Numbered from the whole stretch's first letter, positions 40,301 to 48,549 are shown. The stretch is DNA of 60,978 nucleotides, filler included, from 7 parts of 7 records of this genome joined end to end with filler, not necessarily neighbours in it; one strand, 5' to 3'. Notes: generated from the letters alone by a model not told the origin. Made by a program: numbers and translations.

Positions 40301-41736
40301 AGGTTCGACCGGGCCGTGCGGGCCGCCTTGATCTGGGCGGTGAGCCGGGAGAGCTCCCCGTTCAGGGTCAAAAGCGCCTTCCTGAAATCGGCCAGTTCAC
40401 CTTCCAGGGCCTTCTGCTTTTCCAGGGCCGCCCCTTTCTCCTTGTCCATGGCGATAATGGCGGACTGGGCCTCCATGCGCTGGCTGCTCAACCGGGCATG
40501 GTACTGGCCCGCCCGGAGCTCCACCTGCTTTCGGGCCGGTTCCAGCTGGGAGTCCCGGCTGGCCAGGATCTTCTCCTTGGATTCGGCCTCCGCCCGGTAC
40601 TGCCTCAGGCTCGCCATATACTCCGCAGCCTTGAGGGCGACCTCTTCACCCTGGGCATCGGCAAGCCGCCGGTCCGCGTCCTTGATCTGCTGTTTCAGCT
40701 CCCGGGTTTCCCGGGCATGCTTGGCTTCCTCCACCTTGACCTGGTTGGCCTTGGCGGTCTCGCTTGCGGCCTGGGCTTCCCGCTGCTTCGCATTATTGGC
40801 TCTCAGGGCGGCTTCAGCCTCCCCCAGGGCGGTATCCGCCTCCTTTTCCCCAGCCGTGAGCAGATGGGCCGCCTCTCCCAGCAGGGACTTGTAATGCTCG
40901 ATATCCCTGCGGGCGTAACGCCACTCCTTGCCCATATCATGGAACTCACCCATGTGGTTCTTGAGGGCGAGCACCGCGTCCAGCTGTTTTTTCTTTTCCG
41001 GACGGTTTCTCATCTTCTCGATGGTCTGAGCGGTGTTGTCCCGCAGCCTCATGGCGGAATCCAGGTCCGCCACGCACCCCAGGAAGAAACTCAGGAACTC
41101 ATTTTCGCTCTTGAACTTGAACGCGTCCTTGATTCCGCCCTCGCTCCGGGAGAAATCCACCTGACGGTTCATGAGCCAGGGATCGAGGCCAATGGCTTCC
41201 AGCTTGTCCTCCCACTCCTTCTGGGTGACGGTCTGGTGGACCTTGCCGTTCAGGAACTCCTTGACCGAAGTGTAGGGATGGGTCTCCCCGGAAAGGGTGT
41301 CCCACTCCACCCGGAGGGAATCGAAAAATTCCGGTTCATCGGCAATGAAATAGGTTCGGTCGATCTTGTCCGGGACGCTCTTGTGGCGGTAGAGCACCTG
41401 CCCGAGCACCAGATGCTCCTTGGGATGGGCGTCGAACAGGGTGGGGTCCAGGGCCACGGACAGGTTGAGCAGCACCACGGCCGGGCGGCCCGGCACCAGG
41501 TATTGCTCCAGGGTCTTGTCCCCGCTGGACTGGAGGTATTGCACGAACCGCCTGCGTTCAGGGGAAAACACGCTGAAGAGAAAGGAGAGCAGGGTGGTCT
41601 TGCAGGAGCCGTTGGCCGCCACGATGATGCCGTGGTCCGCCCGCTCGTGCTCCTTGAAGATGGGAAAATAACCGTTCCTGAGGATGTTCTCACCTGCCAC
41701 GATATCGCTGATGAAAAATCGGCTGAGCCTATACAT
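37357..41736 (-). CDS. SMC-like ATPase (MukB/MksB/JetC-like), 1459 aa
   Basis: N-terminal P-loop AANGSCKTT, two long coiled-coil arms around a non-coiled central hinge-like region, C-terminal signature GSGGE and Walker B FLIADNPLG. Confidence 0.88.
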   Translation of the reverse strand: MYRLSRFFISDIVAGENILRNGYFPIFKEHERADHGIIVAANGSCKTTLLSFLFSVFSPERRRFVQYLQSSGDKTLEQYLVPGRPAVVLLNLSVALDPTLFDAHPKEHLVLGQVLYRHKSVPDKIDRTYFIADEPEFFDSLRVEWDTLSGETHPYTSVKEFLNGKVHQTVTQKEWEDKLEAIGLDPWLMNRQVDFSRSEGGIKDAFKFKSENEFLSFFLGCVADLDSAMRLRDNTAQTIEKMRNRPEKKKQLDAVLALKNHMGEFHDMGKEWRYARRDIEHYKSLLGEAAHLLTAGEKEADTALGEAEAALRANNAKQREAQAASETAKANQVKVEEAKHARETRELKQQIKDADRRLADAQGEEVALKAAEYMASLRQYRAEAESKEKILASRDSQLEPARKQVELRAGQYHARLSSQRMEAQSAIIAMDKEKGAALEKQKALEGELADFRKALLTLNGELSRLTAQIKAARTARSNLGLAAGEEPGDAKARLERDAAACKESLSRITSRLAELAEGQKQTQARWQELHRSRIQGEEAMKRARARGEEEKAERAALLSDANLKTIAGTAVFEPTRAELATRLEQSMARTRTRSEELQLKLLETENELKRLESMDTLAVDLQVARLIDHYIDQGIAPADLKPFPDYLAGRYERPEEIAGVLEGDPGRFTGIMAATDQVIETVEAIPVPDWLHKPVVISTPLGQDRSQGIGFKVIAPADPMVYSKTYLEERKETLGKRVQELKEEVSERIARLRSLEASARLLRDYRKRYPDAAAVERLAREVETAEESLGRIRSDIKEVEAARETQEARKKELEHRFQVETGTMARLEQVLKQVGNWLSQYGEIEAWETALEQGDRKRVEINHGITRSQDEEKKIRETLAGLQGAVAEKKAELKNLEDRADDIPATEGFTLTEEQQQEALSMDLSSLRKQHEEAQSDAIRIASDLGIDGLRKDLERVREKLQKTANALERYAEANKYDGAIAEKWAKKSSRDRDERTSDISALLVALKEQRAKHQGQLEGRERDRGRCGKELKRLSSKGIHTNIDPAELEKTDPDGLILHYMKVSETEEEKLKELRRDGARQNTVLEGHRRWKNEIKLALATVSGHSPCWDSLSPRGEWPELVRVENPAQGAVIFRKKIQEILKARDKMESQMEASRKNMGRAFDRLQGELRDENLKQQLPAIVDELSRHDAETLGAQSGELMEKCSHIAANIESDLSRSAQFVESLVDQLLQHVREAYQKLQTASKQLMPGNVFVYGGHAILKAGTRLDFTRHGVIYRKSIDNWLDELIQENRMPEVNAKAGDTLGTELLYRLLKTSSAKQEFGIRLLKCDDTGRNYEPVGKDLGSGGEALTTAVLLYSLLTSMRQKRRNKKEDRIPAFLIADNPLGVCNRSDFLDAQLKVARAMGIQCVYFTGINDRESLGLFQHRVAIRQSGKHLQVGGKPYNRLEIIEQNVEDRD

Positions 41737-42502
41737 TGGACGTTTCTCCTGACGGGTCTTCGGGGGTCATGGCCATTTTCCGGTCCGTTACGATATCCCG
41801 GAAGGAGTGGAAAGCGTACACCGCGGCCACCCGCATGGAGGCCTGATACGCCGGGGTGGGACGGTACTCCACCTCCTCGCCGTCCTCCTTGAACTCCAGC
41901 AGATAGCCGGTGGAAACCATGTGCTCCAGGACCCTGGTGATCAGCTCAATCCAGGAGTTCCCGCCCACGGCCCGCTTGCTGTCCGGGTTCTCCTCGGGAA
42001 GTTCCCTGAGCCGCTTGGCCGCGGTCCTCACCTCGGGGTGCAAAATCTCGTCGTCCGGGTCCACGGTCTCTTCGCCCTTGGCAAACAGCCGGAGGATCTC
42101 GATCACATCCCCCTGGACAATTACCCCCAGATCCTCCACCGGGGCGTCCAGGTCCGCTTCCGTGGGAAAGAAGGCCGTGGCAACGGCACAATGCACACAC
42201 AGCAGTTCCGCCGCTTTCAGGGGGGTACGGGCCAGCATCTTACCGTAATCGGTGAGGGTGGCGGCAAAAAAGCTGGCCGAGTTCCGGGCCGAAAGCCGCA
42301 ACGCCAAAGGTTCCACCTCCAGCAGCTGGAGCTCCATGCCCCGCAGGTTATCCAGAACCGCCTGCTGAAACGCCTCCTCGGCCTGGAACCGCTGGAGCAG
42401 CTCGACAAGCTCGGTCTGGTGATCGGTCACGATCCGTTTGTTGCCGTTGCTGTATGCCAGGCTCAGGTACACAAGCCGGCTGATCTCATAAATATTTTCC
42501 AT
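41729..42502 (-). CDS. Putative KITE subunit (MukE/JetB-like)
   Basis: About 257 aa, second of three co-directional genes, 8-nt overlap with the SMC start; C-terminal wHTH-like segment (LEHMVSTGYL...YRPTPAY). ATG 42502 preferred over 42535. Confidence 0.65.
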   Translation of the reverse strand: MENIYEISRLVYLSLAYSNGNKRIVTDHQTELVELLQRFQAEEAFQQAVLDNLRGMELQLLEVEPLALRLSARNSASFFAATLTDYGKMLARTPLKAAELLCVHCAVATAFFPTEADLDAPVEDLGVIVQGDVIEILRLFAKGEETVDPDDEILHPEVRTAAKRLRELPEENPDSKRAVGGNSWIELITRVLEHMVSTGYLLEFKEDGEEVEYRPTPAYQASMRVAAVYAFHSFRDIVTDRKMAMTPEDPSGETSNV

Positions 42503-42577
42503 GGTGATGTCTCTATATATTTTGCCAGGCGTCAAGCCACGCCACGCCCGGCCATATTTCTCTTTGAATGAATCGAA

Positions 42578-44107
42578 TCAGTTGCCCTGGGCCGGGACGT
42601 CCCGCTCCACGGGGGTGAGCACCAGCTGGTGCCCCCGGTAAAGCCTGCCCCCGGGCAGGTCCATGGTGAACCGTTTGTCCGGGTCCCCCAGCCGCACCTG
42701 GAATCCGTTCCGGTTGGCGTTGGCACGGCCGATGATGGCCTGGAACACGGTCAGGGCCACGGCCGTGGCCAAAAGCGGGCTCTCCGGGTCCAGGGCGGCC
42801 TCCTTCAGGAGATCCTCCATCATGGTGCCCTCGGATTTGCCCACCCGGTGCCGGATCATGCCCCGGGCCTGCTTCATCAGGGGTTCGGTGAGTTCCGCCT
42901 CATAGTGTTCCACCGACTCCCCGTCGATCTCCTGGAGGGCCTGTCCCCTGTCCCCGGCAGTGGCGCGGCGGTCCAAAACTTCGCAGATGGAATCGACCAT
43001 GGCGCCCGGATCAAACAGGGGAGACTGGACCGGAGGATCGAACATGGCGATGAACTCCCGGCCGACTTCGGCCGCATCATTCTCTTCCATGCGGCACACC
43101 CGGCGCAGCACCTCGTCCATGGCGGGCAGAATGCCCGGGTTGCGTTTCCGGAACAATTTGTAGCTGTTCTGGTGATAGTCGTCGGGCAGGCGCTGGAGTT
43201 CCCCCACCAGTTCCATCTGCCGCAGGTTCAGCCGTTTAAGGTGCCGGGCCAGCTGCCGGAGCTTGAACTCCTGGGCCTCGTTTTCCGTCACCTGGAGGTT
43301 GTCCAGGACCATGTAGTGGAGGCGGCTGCTCTCCCGCTGGATCTGGGTGGCCTGGCCCGTGCCCTCGTCGGCCATGGCGTTGATCCGGGCAAAATCGATG
43401 GAATGGATGTTCCGCTGGATGGCCCGGCGGGTGTTGCGGATATCGTGGGCCTTACGGGTGCACTGCTTGTTGTTCTGCTCGGCCACGGCAATGGCGTCGT
43501 CCACGTTTCCCCGCTCGATCAGAAGCTTGATGCGCAGGTTGCCGATGGCGGTGGAGTCCAGGGCGCTGGTTTCGTGGAGGCCGAAGTAGGCGGCATACCC
43601 CTCTTCGGTAAGGGAAAACAGGGTCTCCTGGCCCTTGCCGGTGTACACGGCCTTGATCAGCCAGAACCGCCGGGGCTTGAACTCGCCGGCCGCCCCGTCA
43701 AAATAACGGTACTCAAAGGGAAGATAACGGTTGTCCCTGTTCACCAGGTGGTCGAACACCTTTCGTAAGAGCTCCAGCAGGGCCTCTTCGGACAGATCGC
43801 CGCCGGCCACCCGCACCTGGTTTCTTATGGCCGGGACCACCTTTTCCAGCACCTCTTTCCGGGTGGCGCCCACATGGTACTCCGTCAACTCCGACACAGC
43901 GTCCAGGATGGCAAAGGCCACCCACATGAGGTCCACAAGGTCCCGCAGGTCCTGGCCCTCCTCCCCGTCCGTGGTGAACCTGCGCCCCTCCAACTCATAG
44001 ATGGGTCGCATGATAAGGCCGGAATGCACCACACGGGTCACGTCGGTTTCCCGGGTTCGAATGGTCTGGGTGGGGGCGATCTCCAGGGGATCGGTTTGGA
44101 TGGTCAC
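42578..44107 (-). CDS. Putative kleisin subunit (MukF/JetA-like)
   Basis: About 509 aa from GTG 44107 behind GAGGAG; N-terminal wHTH-like part ending FSLTEEG followed by a helical bundle (KLLIERGNVDDAIAVAEQ); first gene of the trio. Confidence 0.65.
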   Translation of the reverse strand: MTIQTDPLEIAPTQTIRTRETDVTRVVHSGLIMRPIYELEGRRFTTDGEEGQDLRDLVDLMWVAFAILDAVSELTEYHVGATRKEVLEKVVPAIRNQVRVAGGDLSEEALLELLRKVFDHLVNRDNRYLPFEYRYFDGAAGEFKPRRFWLIKAVYTGKGQETLFSLTEEGYAAYFGLHETSALDSTAIGNLRIKLLIERGNVDDAIAVAEQNNKQCTRKAHDIRNTRRAIQRNIHSIDFARINAMADEGTGQATQIQRESSRLHYMVLDNLQVTENEAQEFKLRQLARHLKRLNLRQMELVGELQRLPDDYHQNSYKLFRKRNPGILPAMDEVLRRVCRMEENDAAEVGREFIAMFDPPVQSPLFDPGAMVDSICEVLDRRATAGDRGQALQEIDGESVEHYEAELTEPLMKQARGMIRHRVGKSEGTMMEDLLKEAALDPESPLLATAVALTVFQAIIGRANANRNGFQVRLGDPDKRFTMDLPGGRLYRGHQLVLTPVERDVPAQGN

Positions 44108-44253
44108 GTCTTGTTTGGCTCCTCGTTCATTTGCCAGGGGTGATTGATAACAGGCCTGCCCCAGCGGGCGCATGGCGGGGCACACTGCCCAACCGTCAAA
44201 AATATCCCCGATGCGCTCTATTTACAAGTCTTTTGTTTAAAAAAGGGCCTTTT

Positions 44254-44281
44254 AAGATAGTCGGTTACGCGCGAAAGTCAA
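44254..44281 (-). promoter_or_regulatory. Putative sigma70 promoter of the SMC operon
   Basis: Minus strand TTGACT (44281-44276), 16-nt spacer, TATCTT (44259-44254), in AT-rich non-coding DNA. Confidence 0.5.
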
Positions 44282-44365
44282 GCCTCTTTATAATGCTGCA
44301 CTTTGAAATTGACATCTAATGGTATGGACATTCCCCCTTGACGCTTGACCCAAAAAGAACGGGGT

Positions 44366-44465
44366 NNNNNNNNNNNNNNNNNNNNNNNNNNNNNNNNNNN
44401 NNNNNNNNNTTAATTAATTAANNNNNNNNNNNNNNNNNNNNNNNNNNNNNNNNNNNNNNNNNNNN
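44366..44465. other. Artificial contig-joining spacer
   Basis: N-run with TTAATTAATTAA. Confidence 0.99.
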
Positions 44466-44523
44466 TTTGAACCCGCGACCTGCTGATTACGAATCAGCTG
44501 CTCTACCCCTGAGCTACGCCGGC
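44466..44523 (-). tRNA. tRNA-Thr(CGT), 3' end cut off by the contig edge
   Basis: Minus strand GCCGGCGTAGCTCAGGGGTAGAGCA-GCTGA-TTCGTAA-TCAGC-AGGTCGCGGGTTCAAA: D arm, anticodon CGT and T-loop GGTTCAAA. Confidence 0.93.
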
Positions 44524-44695
44524 AATCGGCAAAAAGTATATATAGACTAAAATTAACTTTCTGGCAAGCCCCCGAAAGGACAAATGTAATATTTTTGTTA
44601 CTTTTTTAACGCCTTGGCGGGCGCAATCAGGCGAGGGGGCGTCAGGTTAAAATAAAAATTTGTCAAACCAGCTAGTTAAACGATATTATTATTAT

Positions 44696-45400
44696 ATGGA
44701 CTTTGAAGACGAAAAAATGATCCCCGAGCCCGAGATGACGCCGATCGAGCCGGCCAGGGAATCCAGGCTGATGTTTCTGTTCAGGCTAGTCCTTATATTG
44801 ATCGTAGTACTATCCATTCTCAGCGGCCCCCTGCTGCAGCTTATGGGCAATTATCTCGTCCTGCGTGATGATGAGGCCAAGGCTGACCTTATCGTCGTGC
44901 TGGCCGGCAGTCCGGTAGTGCGTTCTTTGGCCGCGGCCGAATATTACAATCGCGGGCTGGGGCCGAAGTTGTGGGTAAGCCGGGGCGGCCTGGAACGTTC
45001 GGAACTTCTGCCCAAAATGGATGCGTCCGAGACAGGAAACTGGGGTCTGTCCAGAAAAATCATGATAACCAGGGGGGTTCCGTCCGAAGCCGTCTTCCTG
45101 GATTCTCAACATGTGGCCAGCACTATAGAAGAAGCTTTCCGGGTTAAGGAATATCTAAAGGGCAAGAATTATAAGAGCCTGATACTGGTTACTTCCGAAT
45201 TTCATTCCCGCCGCGCCTGTCTGACCTTTGAAAAGGTATTGGGACCGAATATAAAAATCATAAGCCTGCCCAGCCGGTACGACCCCTTTGAAGCGGAAGG
45301 CTGGTGGCGCCGGAGGGCGGACGCCAAGCATTGTTTCATGGAATATCAGAAGCTTGTCTTTTTCTTCTTTGAGTATGCATTTGGAGATGAAGAAGAGTAA
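44696..45400 (+). CDS. YdcF/ElyC (DUF218) family protein
   Basis: N-terminal TM helix, ADLIVVLAG, STIEEA, ILVTSEFHSRRA and EYQK; start uncertain (44660/44696). Confidence 0.88.
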   Translation: MDFEDEKMIPEPEMTPIEPARESRLMFLFRLVLILIVVLSILSGPLLQLMGNYLVLRDDEAKADLIVVLAGSPVVRSLAAAEYYNRGLGPKLWVSRGGLERSELLPKMDASETGNWGLSRKIMITRGVPSEAVFLDSQHVASTIEEAFRVKEYLKGKNYKSLILVTSEFHSRRACLTFEKVLGPNIKIISLPSRYDPFEAEGWWRRRADAKHCFMEYQKLVFFFFEYAFGDEEE

Positions 45401-45433
45401 TTTCAACCTGCTGCGGGTAATTCCAATCCAATC

Positions 45434-45471
45434 AAAAAAAGCGGTTATCCCCTAATAAAGGGAATAACCGC
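45434..45471 (-). terminator. Terminator between convergent ydcF-like and mlaD genes
   Basis: AAAAAAA-GCGGTTATCCC...GGGAATAACCGC hairpin; the U-tract is on the minus strand. Confidence 0.65.
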
Positions 45472-45489
45472 ATGTAACATTATTGCCTG

Positions 45490-46989
45490 CTAATTGCCTG
45501 TCGGAATGGGCGCGCTGCTGAGCAGGTATTTCAAATCGTCGTCGCTGAAATGCAGTCCAATGCCGAAGAACGGGGACGAGCGTCCCTGGTCGCTGATTAT
45601 ATCGTCATAACCTGCTGTAATGAATATGTATTGCCAGATGTCGTACTGGGCGGCCACTCTGACATGGGGATTGTAATCCACATCGCCGGTAAAGGCTTCC
45701 AGGGTGAATTTAAGTTTGTCGTCATACATGTAATAATCAACACCCACGCCGCCGCCGGATTCGATCATGCCGCCGCGAATAACCAGGTCGTAAAATCTCT
45801 TGGCGATCTGGGCGTTAAACTTGATATTGCCTTTTTTGCGGGTTTCTTCAATTGAGGTGGTAGTAACGCCGTTTATGGTAAAAGTTTTCTCTTCCTTTTG
45901 CAGGGTGCCGAATGAATCGGAAGTTATGCCGACCAGGTAGTATTTTGTCCTGGAAGGCTGCAGGCGTACATTGAGCGTCCACTTGTGGTTGTCGCTGTCA
46001 AACAGCCATTCACTCTTGTATTCCACAAAAACCCTGAATTGATCCTGCTTGGCCAGGTATTTGTTGACCCCGGTCAATGCCTCTTCCAACTGGTCGGCCG
46101 TGGTGGTGTCGTTGACCAACTTGCCCAGCGTGCCCTGGCCGGCGTTAATTTTTTCGCTAATGTCCCGTAAGGAGGCTAGGGTTGAATTCAGCTTTTTAAC
46201 CGTAACGTCATCATTGACCAGGGCGCCGATGGTGCCCTGTCCCCGATTGATTTTCGCGGATATTTCCTGGAGCGAGGCAATGGTATGTCCCATTCTTTTT
46301 GAAGTCTCGGCAAAGCTGACCAATATGGCGTTTATGTTGGCCTTGTTGGCCTGGGACATGGTGCGCAGGTCTTCGGAGAACAAGGTCAGGTTGGCGATCA
46401 TCATTTCAAGCTGTTTGTTGTTGTCGCGGGTCAGCTTGGCCAGGTTTTCACTCATTTCACTGAAATTGGCGATTATTTTCCTTAGCTCGCCCGCGCCGTC
46501 TTCCCCGCCCAATACGTCGCTCAGGGAAGTGGTCACTTCCGTAATGCCGTCCGATATTTCGCCGACCTTGGCGATAATCTGGTCAATGTCGGTGGGCGTA
46601 CGCGTTTGCACAATACGTTCGCCGTCCTTCAACTTGGGAAGATCCGACGATCCCGGAATGATTTCCACGTATTTGTCGCCCAACACGCCCTTGGTGCGAA
46701 TCATGGCTATGCAGTCCATGGCCAGGGGCACCTCGGAATTGATATTCAAATTTATGCGGGCTTTGCCGTTGTCCAGGGCGATGCTGTTGACTTTACCTAC
46801 TGAAATGCCGGCCACCTCGACCGGAACGTCCTTTTTGAGACCGGAAGCATTGTCGAATATGGCATAAACTTCATATCCCTTGTCTCTGCTCAGGTCGAAG
46901 CCTCCAACCCGAATGGACATGTAAGCCAGCAGGGCCATTCCCACCAGAACAAATACGCCGACTTTAGCCTCCGTTGTAAATCCTGCCAT
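45490..46989 (-). CDS. mlaD: MlaD/MCE family protein, elongated, with C-terminal beta-strand-rich domain
   Basis: TM anchor (EAKVGVFVL), MCE domain (FDNASGL, VAGISVGKV, GVLGDKYVEIIPG), long helical stalk and about 180-aa beta-rich tail. Confidence 0.9.
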   Translation of the reverse strand: MAGFTTEAKVGVFVLVGMALLAYMSIRVGGFDLSRDKGYEVYAIFDNASGLKKDVPVEVAGISVGKVNSIALDNGKARINLNINSEVPLAMDCIAMIRTKGVLGDKYVEIIPGSSDLPKLKDGERIVQTRTPTDIDQIIAKVGEISDGITEVTTSLSDVLGGEDGAGELRKIIANFSEMSENLAKLTRDNNKQLEMMIANLTLFSEDLRTMSQANKANINAILVSFAETSKRMGHTIASLQEISAKINRGQGTIGALVNDDVTVKKLNSTLASLRDISEKINAGQGTLGKLVNDTTTADQLEEALTGVNKYLAKQDQFRVFVEYKSEWLFDSDNHKWTLNVRLQPSRTKYYLVGITSDSFGTLQKEEKTFTINGVTTTSIEETRKKGNIKFNAQIAKRFYDLVIRGGMIESGGGVGVDYYMYDDKLKFTLEAFTGDVDYNPHVRVAAQYDIWQYIFITAGYDDIISDQGRSSPFFGIGLHFSDDDLKYLLSSAPIPTGN

Positions 46990-47009
46990 TATTGAACTCC
47001 AAACATATC

Positions 47010-47771
47010 CTAATCCCCGAGGTGCATGGGGCCTTCGGCTTCCCCCGAGATGAATTGTTGCACTACGGGATTGTCATGGTTTCTTAAAACTTCAGGGCTG
47101 CCGTGAAATACAATCCTGCCCTGGTAAATCATGGCCACTTTTTGGGCAATGCGCAAAGTGGCGGCCATATCATGGCTGATGACTATGCTGGTTGCGCCGA
47201 GCTGTTGTTGCGTATTTACTATCAATTCATCAACCTGGTCGCACATTATCGGATCAAGCCCGGTAGTAGGCTCGTCAAATAGCAATATTTCAGGCTCAAG
47301 GATCATGGCCCTGGCCAAACCGACCCGCTTGCGCTGCCCGCCCGATATTTCCGAAGGCATCATGTCCTCGGATCCGTCCATGCCGACCAGGGCAAGCTTT
47401 TCATGCACCAGATTTTTTATTTCCTTTTTTTTAAGCCTGGTATGCTCCTTAAGCGGAAAAGCCACGTTGTCGCCGACCGACATGGAATCGAACAGGGCTG
47501 CTTCCTGGAACAACATGCCGAATCTCTGCCTGATCCTGTTCATTGAAGGTTCGTTTTGAGTGGTCAGGTCGACCCCGTCCAATAATATGCTGCCGGAATC
47601 AGGCTTCATAAGGCCGATAATATGTTTTAACAGAACGCTTTTGCCGCCTCCCGACCGTCCAATGATAAAATTTATTTTTCCTCGCTCTATTTCCAGGTTT
47701 ATGCCTTCAAGGACTTTAAACCCGGAAAAGGATTTATGCAAGTCAACTATTGTAATAATAGGTTCAGACAC
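47010..47771 (-). CDS. mlaF: Mla/Ttg2 ABC transporter ATP-binding subunit
   Basis: GRSGGGKS, LFQEAALFDSM, ISGGQRKRVGLARA and DEPTTGLDP. Confidence 0.93.
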   Translation of the reverse strand: MSEPIITIVDLHKSFSGFKVLEGINLEIERGKINFIIGRSGGGKSVLLKHIIGLMKPDSGSILLDGVDLTTQNEPSMNRIRQRFGMLFQEAALFDSMSVGDNVAFPLKEHTRLKKKEIKNLVHEKLALVGMDGSEDMMPSEISGGQRKRVGLARAMILEPEILLFDEPTTGLDPIMCDQVDELIVNTQQQLGATSIVISHDMAATLRIAQKVAMIYQGRIVFHGSPEVLRNHDNPVVQQFISGEAEGPMHLGD

Positions 47772-47778
47772 GGCCGAC

Positions 47779-48549
47779 TCAGAACATTATAGCGGTCATT
47801 ATATAGTCGCTGATCAGTATCAATACCGAAGCCATGACCACTGCTTCCGTGGTGGCCCGTCCAACGCCCTCGGCGCCGCCCTTGGTGTAAAAACCTTTAT
47901 AGCATCCGATAAGGGCCATTATAACGCCGAATACGCCGGCTTTTACCAGCCCGTTTAGAATATCGGCCAGGTCCACTATTTCCACGGTTTTTCCAATAAA
48001 CAGGCCGGCGTTGATGCCTAACAACTTTACTCCGACAAGATACCCGCCGACCACACCGACAAAATTGGCCACAACTGTCAAGATAGGCAGCATTACCAGT
48101 CCGGCGATTATGCGCGGCACCACCAGGTACTTGATAGGATTGGCCGCCATGACGTACAAGGCGTCAATCTGTTCGGTGACCCTCATGGTCCCCAGTTCCG
48201 CGGCCATGGCGCTGCCCGCCCTGCCCGTGACCATAAGCGATGTCAAAACAGGACCCAACTCACGGGTCATGGCCAGGGCAACCGTCGGACCGACCATGCT
48301 TTCGGCGCCGAACAGGGAAAAGCCGTAATAGCTTTGCAGCGTGAAAACCATACCGGTAAACGCGCCGGTCAGTATGACTACAAAAAGGGAGTTGACTCCC
48401 ACGAATTCCATTTGTTTGATTATGGCCCTTATACGGAAAGGCGGCCTAAAGGCCCACGTGATCGCGCTCAAAAGGATGAGGAGAATCTGTCCCATCTCCT
48501 CAATGGCCCTTAAGATATAACCGCCCAGGGCTTCGAAATATTTTATCAT
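47779..48549 (-). CDS. mlaE: Mla ABC transporter permease
   Basis: RELGPVLT, GRAGSAMAAELGTMRVTEQIDAL and GGAEGVGRATT. Confidence 0.95.
   Translation of the reverse strand: MIKYFEALGGYILRAIEEMGQILLILLSAITWAFRPPFRIRAIIKQMEFVGVNSLFVVILTGAFTGMVFTLQSYYGFSLFGAESMVGPTVALAMTRELGPVLTSLMVTGRAGSAMAAELGTMRVTEQIDALYVMAANPIKYLVVPRIIAGLVMLPILTVVANFVGVVGGYLVGVKLLGINAGLFIGKTVEIVDLADILNGLVKAGVFGVIMALIGCYKGFYTKGGAEGVGRATTEAVVMASVLILISDYIMTAIMF

Noticed and set aside
37357-41736. Housekeeping Smc, SbcC or RecN
   Set aside because: Lacks the canonical GxNGSGKSN and LDE motifs; the neighbours do not resemble ScpA/ScpB or the SbcD phosphoesterase; too long for RecN.
37426-43768. Long plus-strand ORFs (594, 680, 379, 310 and 254 aa) opposite the SMC operon
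   Set aside because: Antisense shadows of GC-rich coding DNA; no motifs, and fully overlapped by well-supported minus-strand genes.
44131-44319. 62-aa ORF as a small fourth component of the SMC system
   Set aside because: Opposite strand, overlaps the predicted promoter, and has no RBS or recognisable motif.
44186-44523. SMC operon as an island integrated at the neighbouring tRNA-Thr
   Set aside because: The two are on different contigs separated by an artificial spacer.
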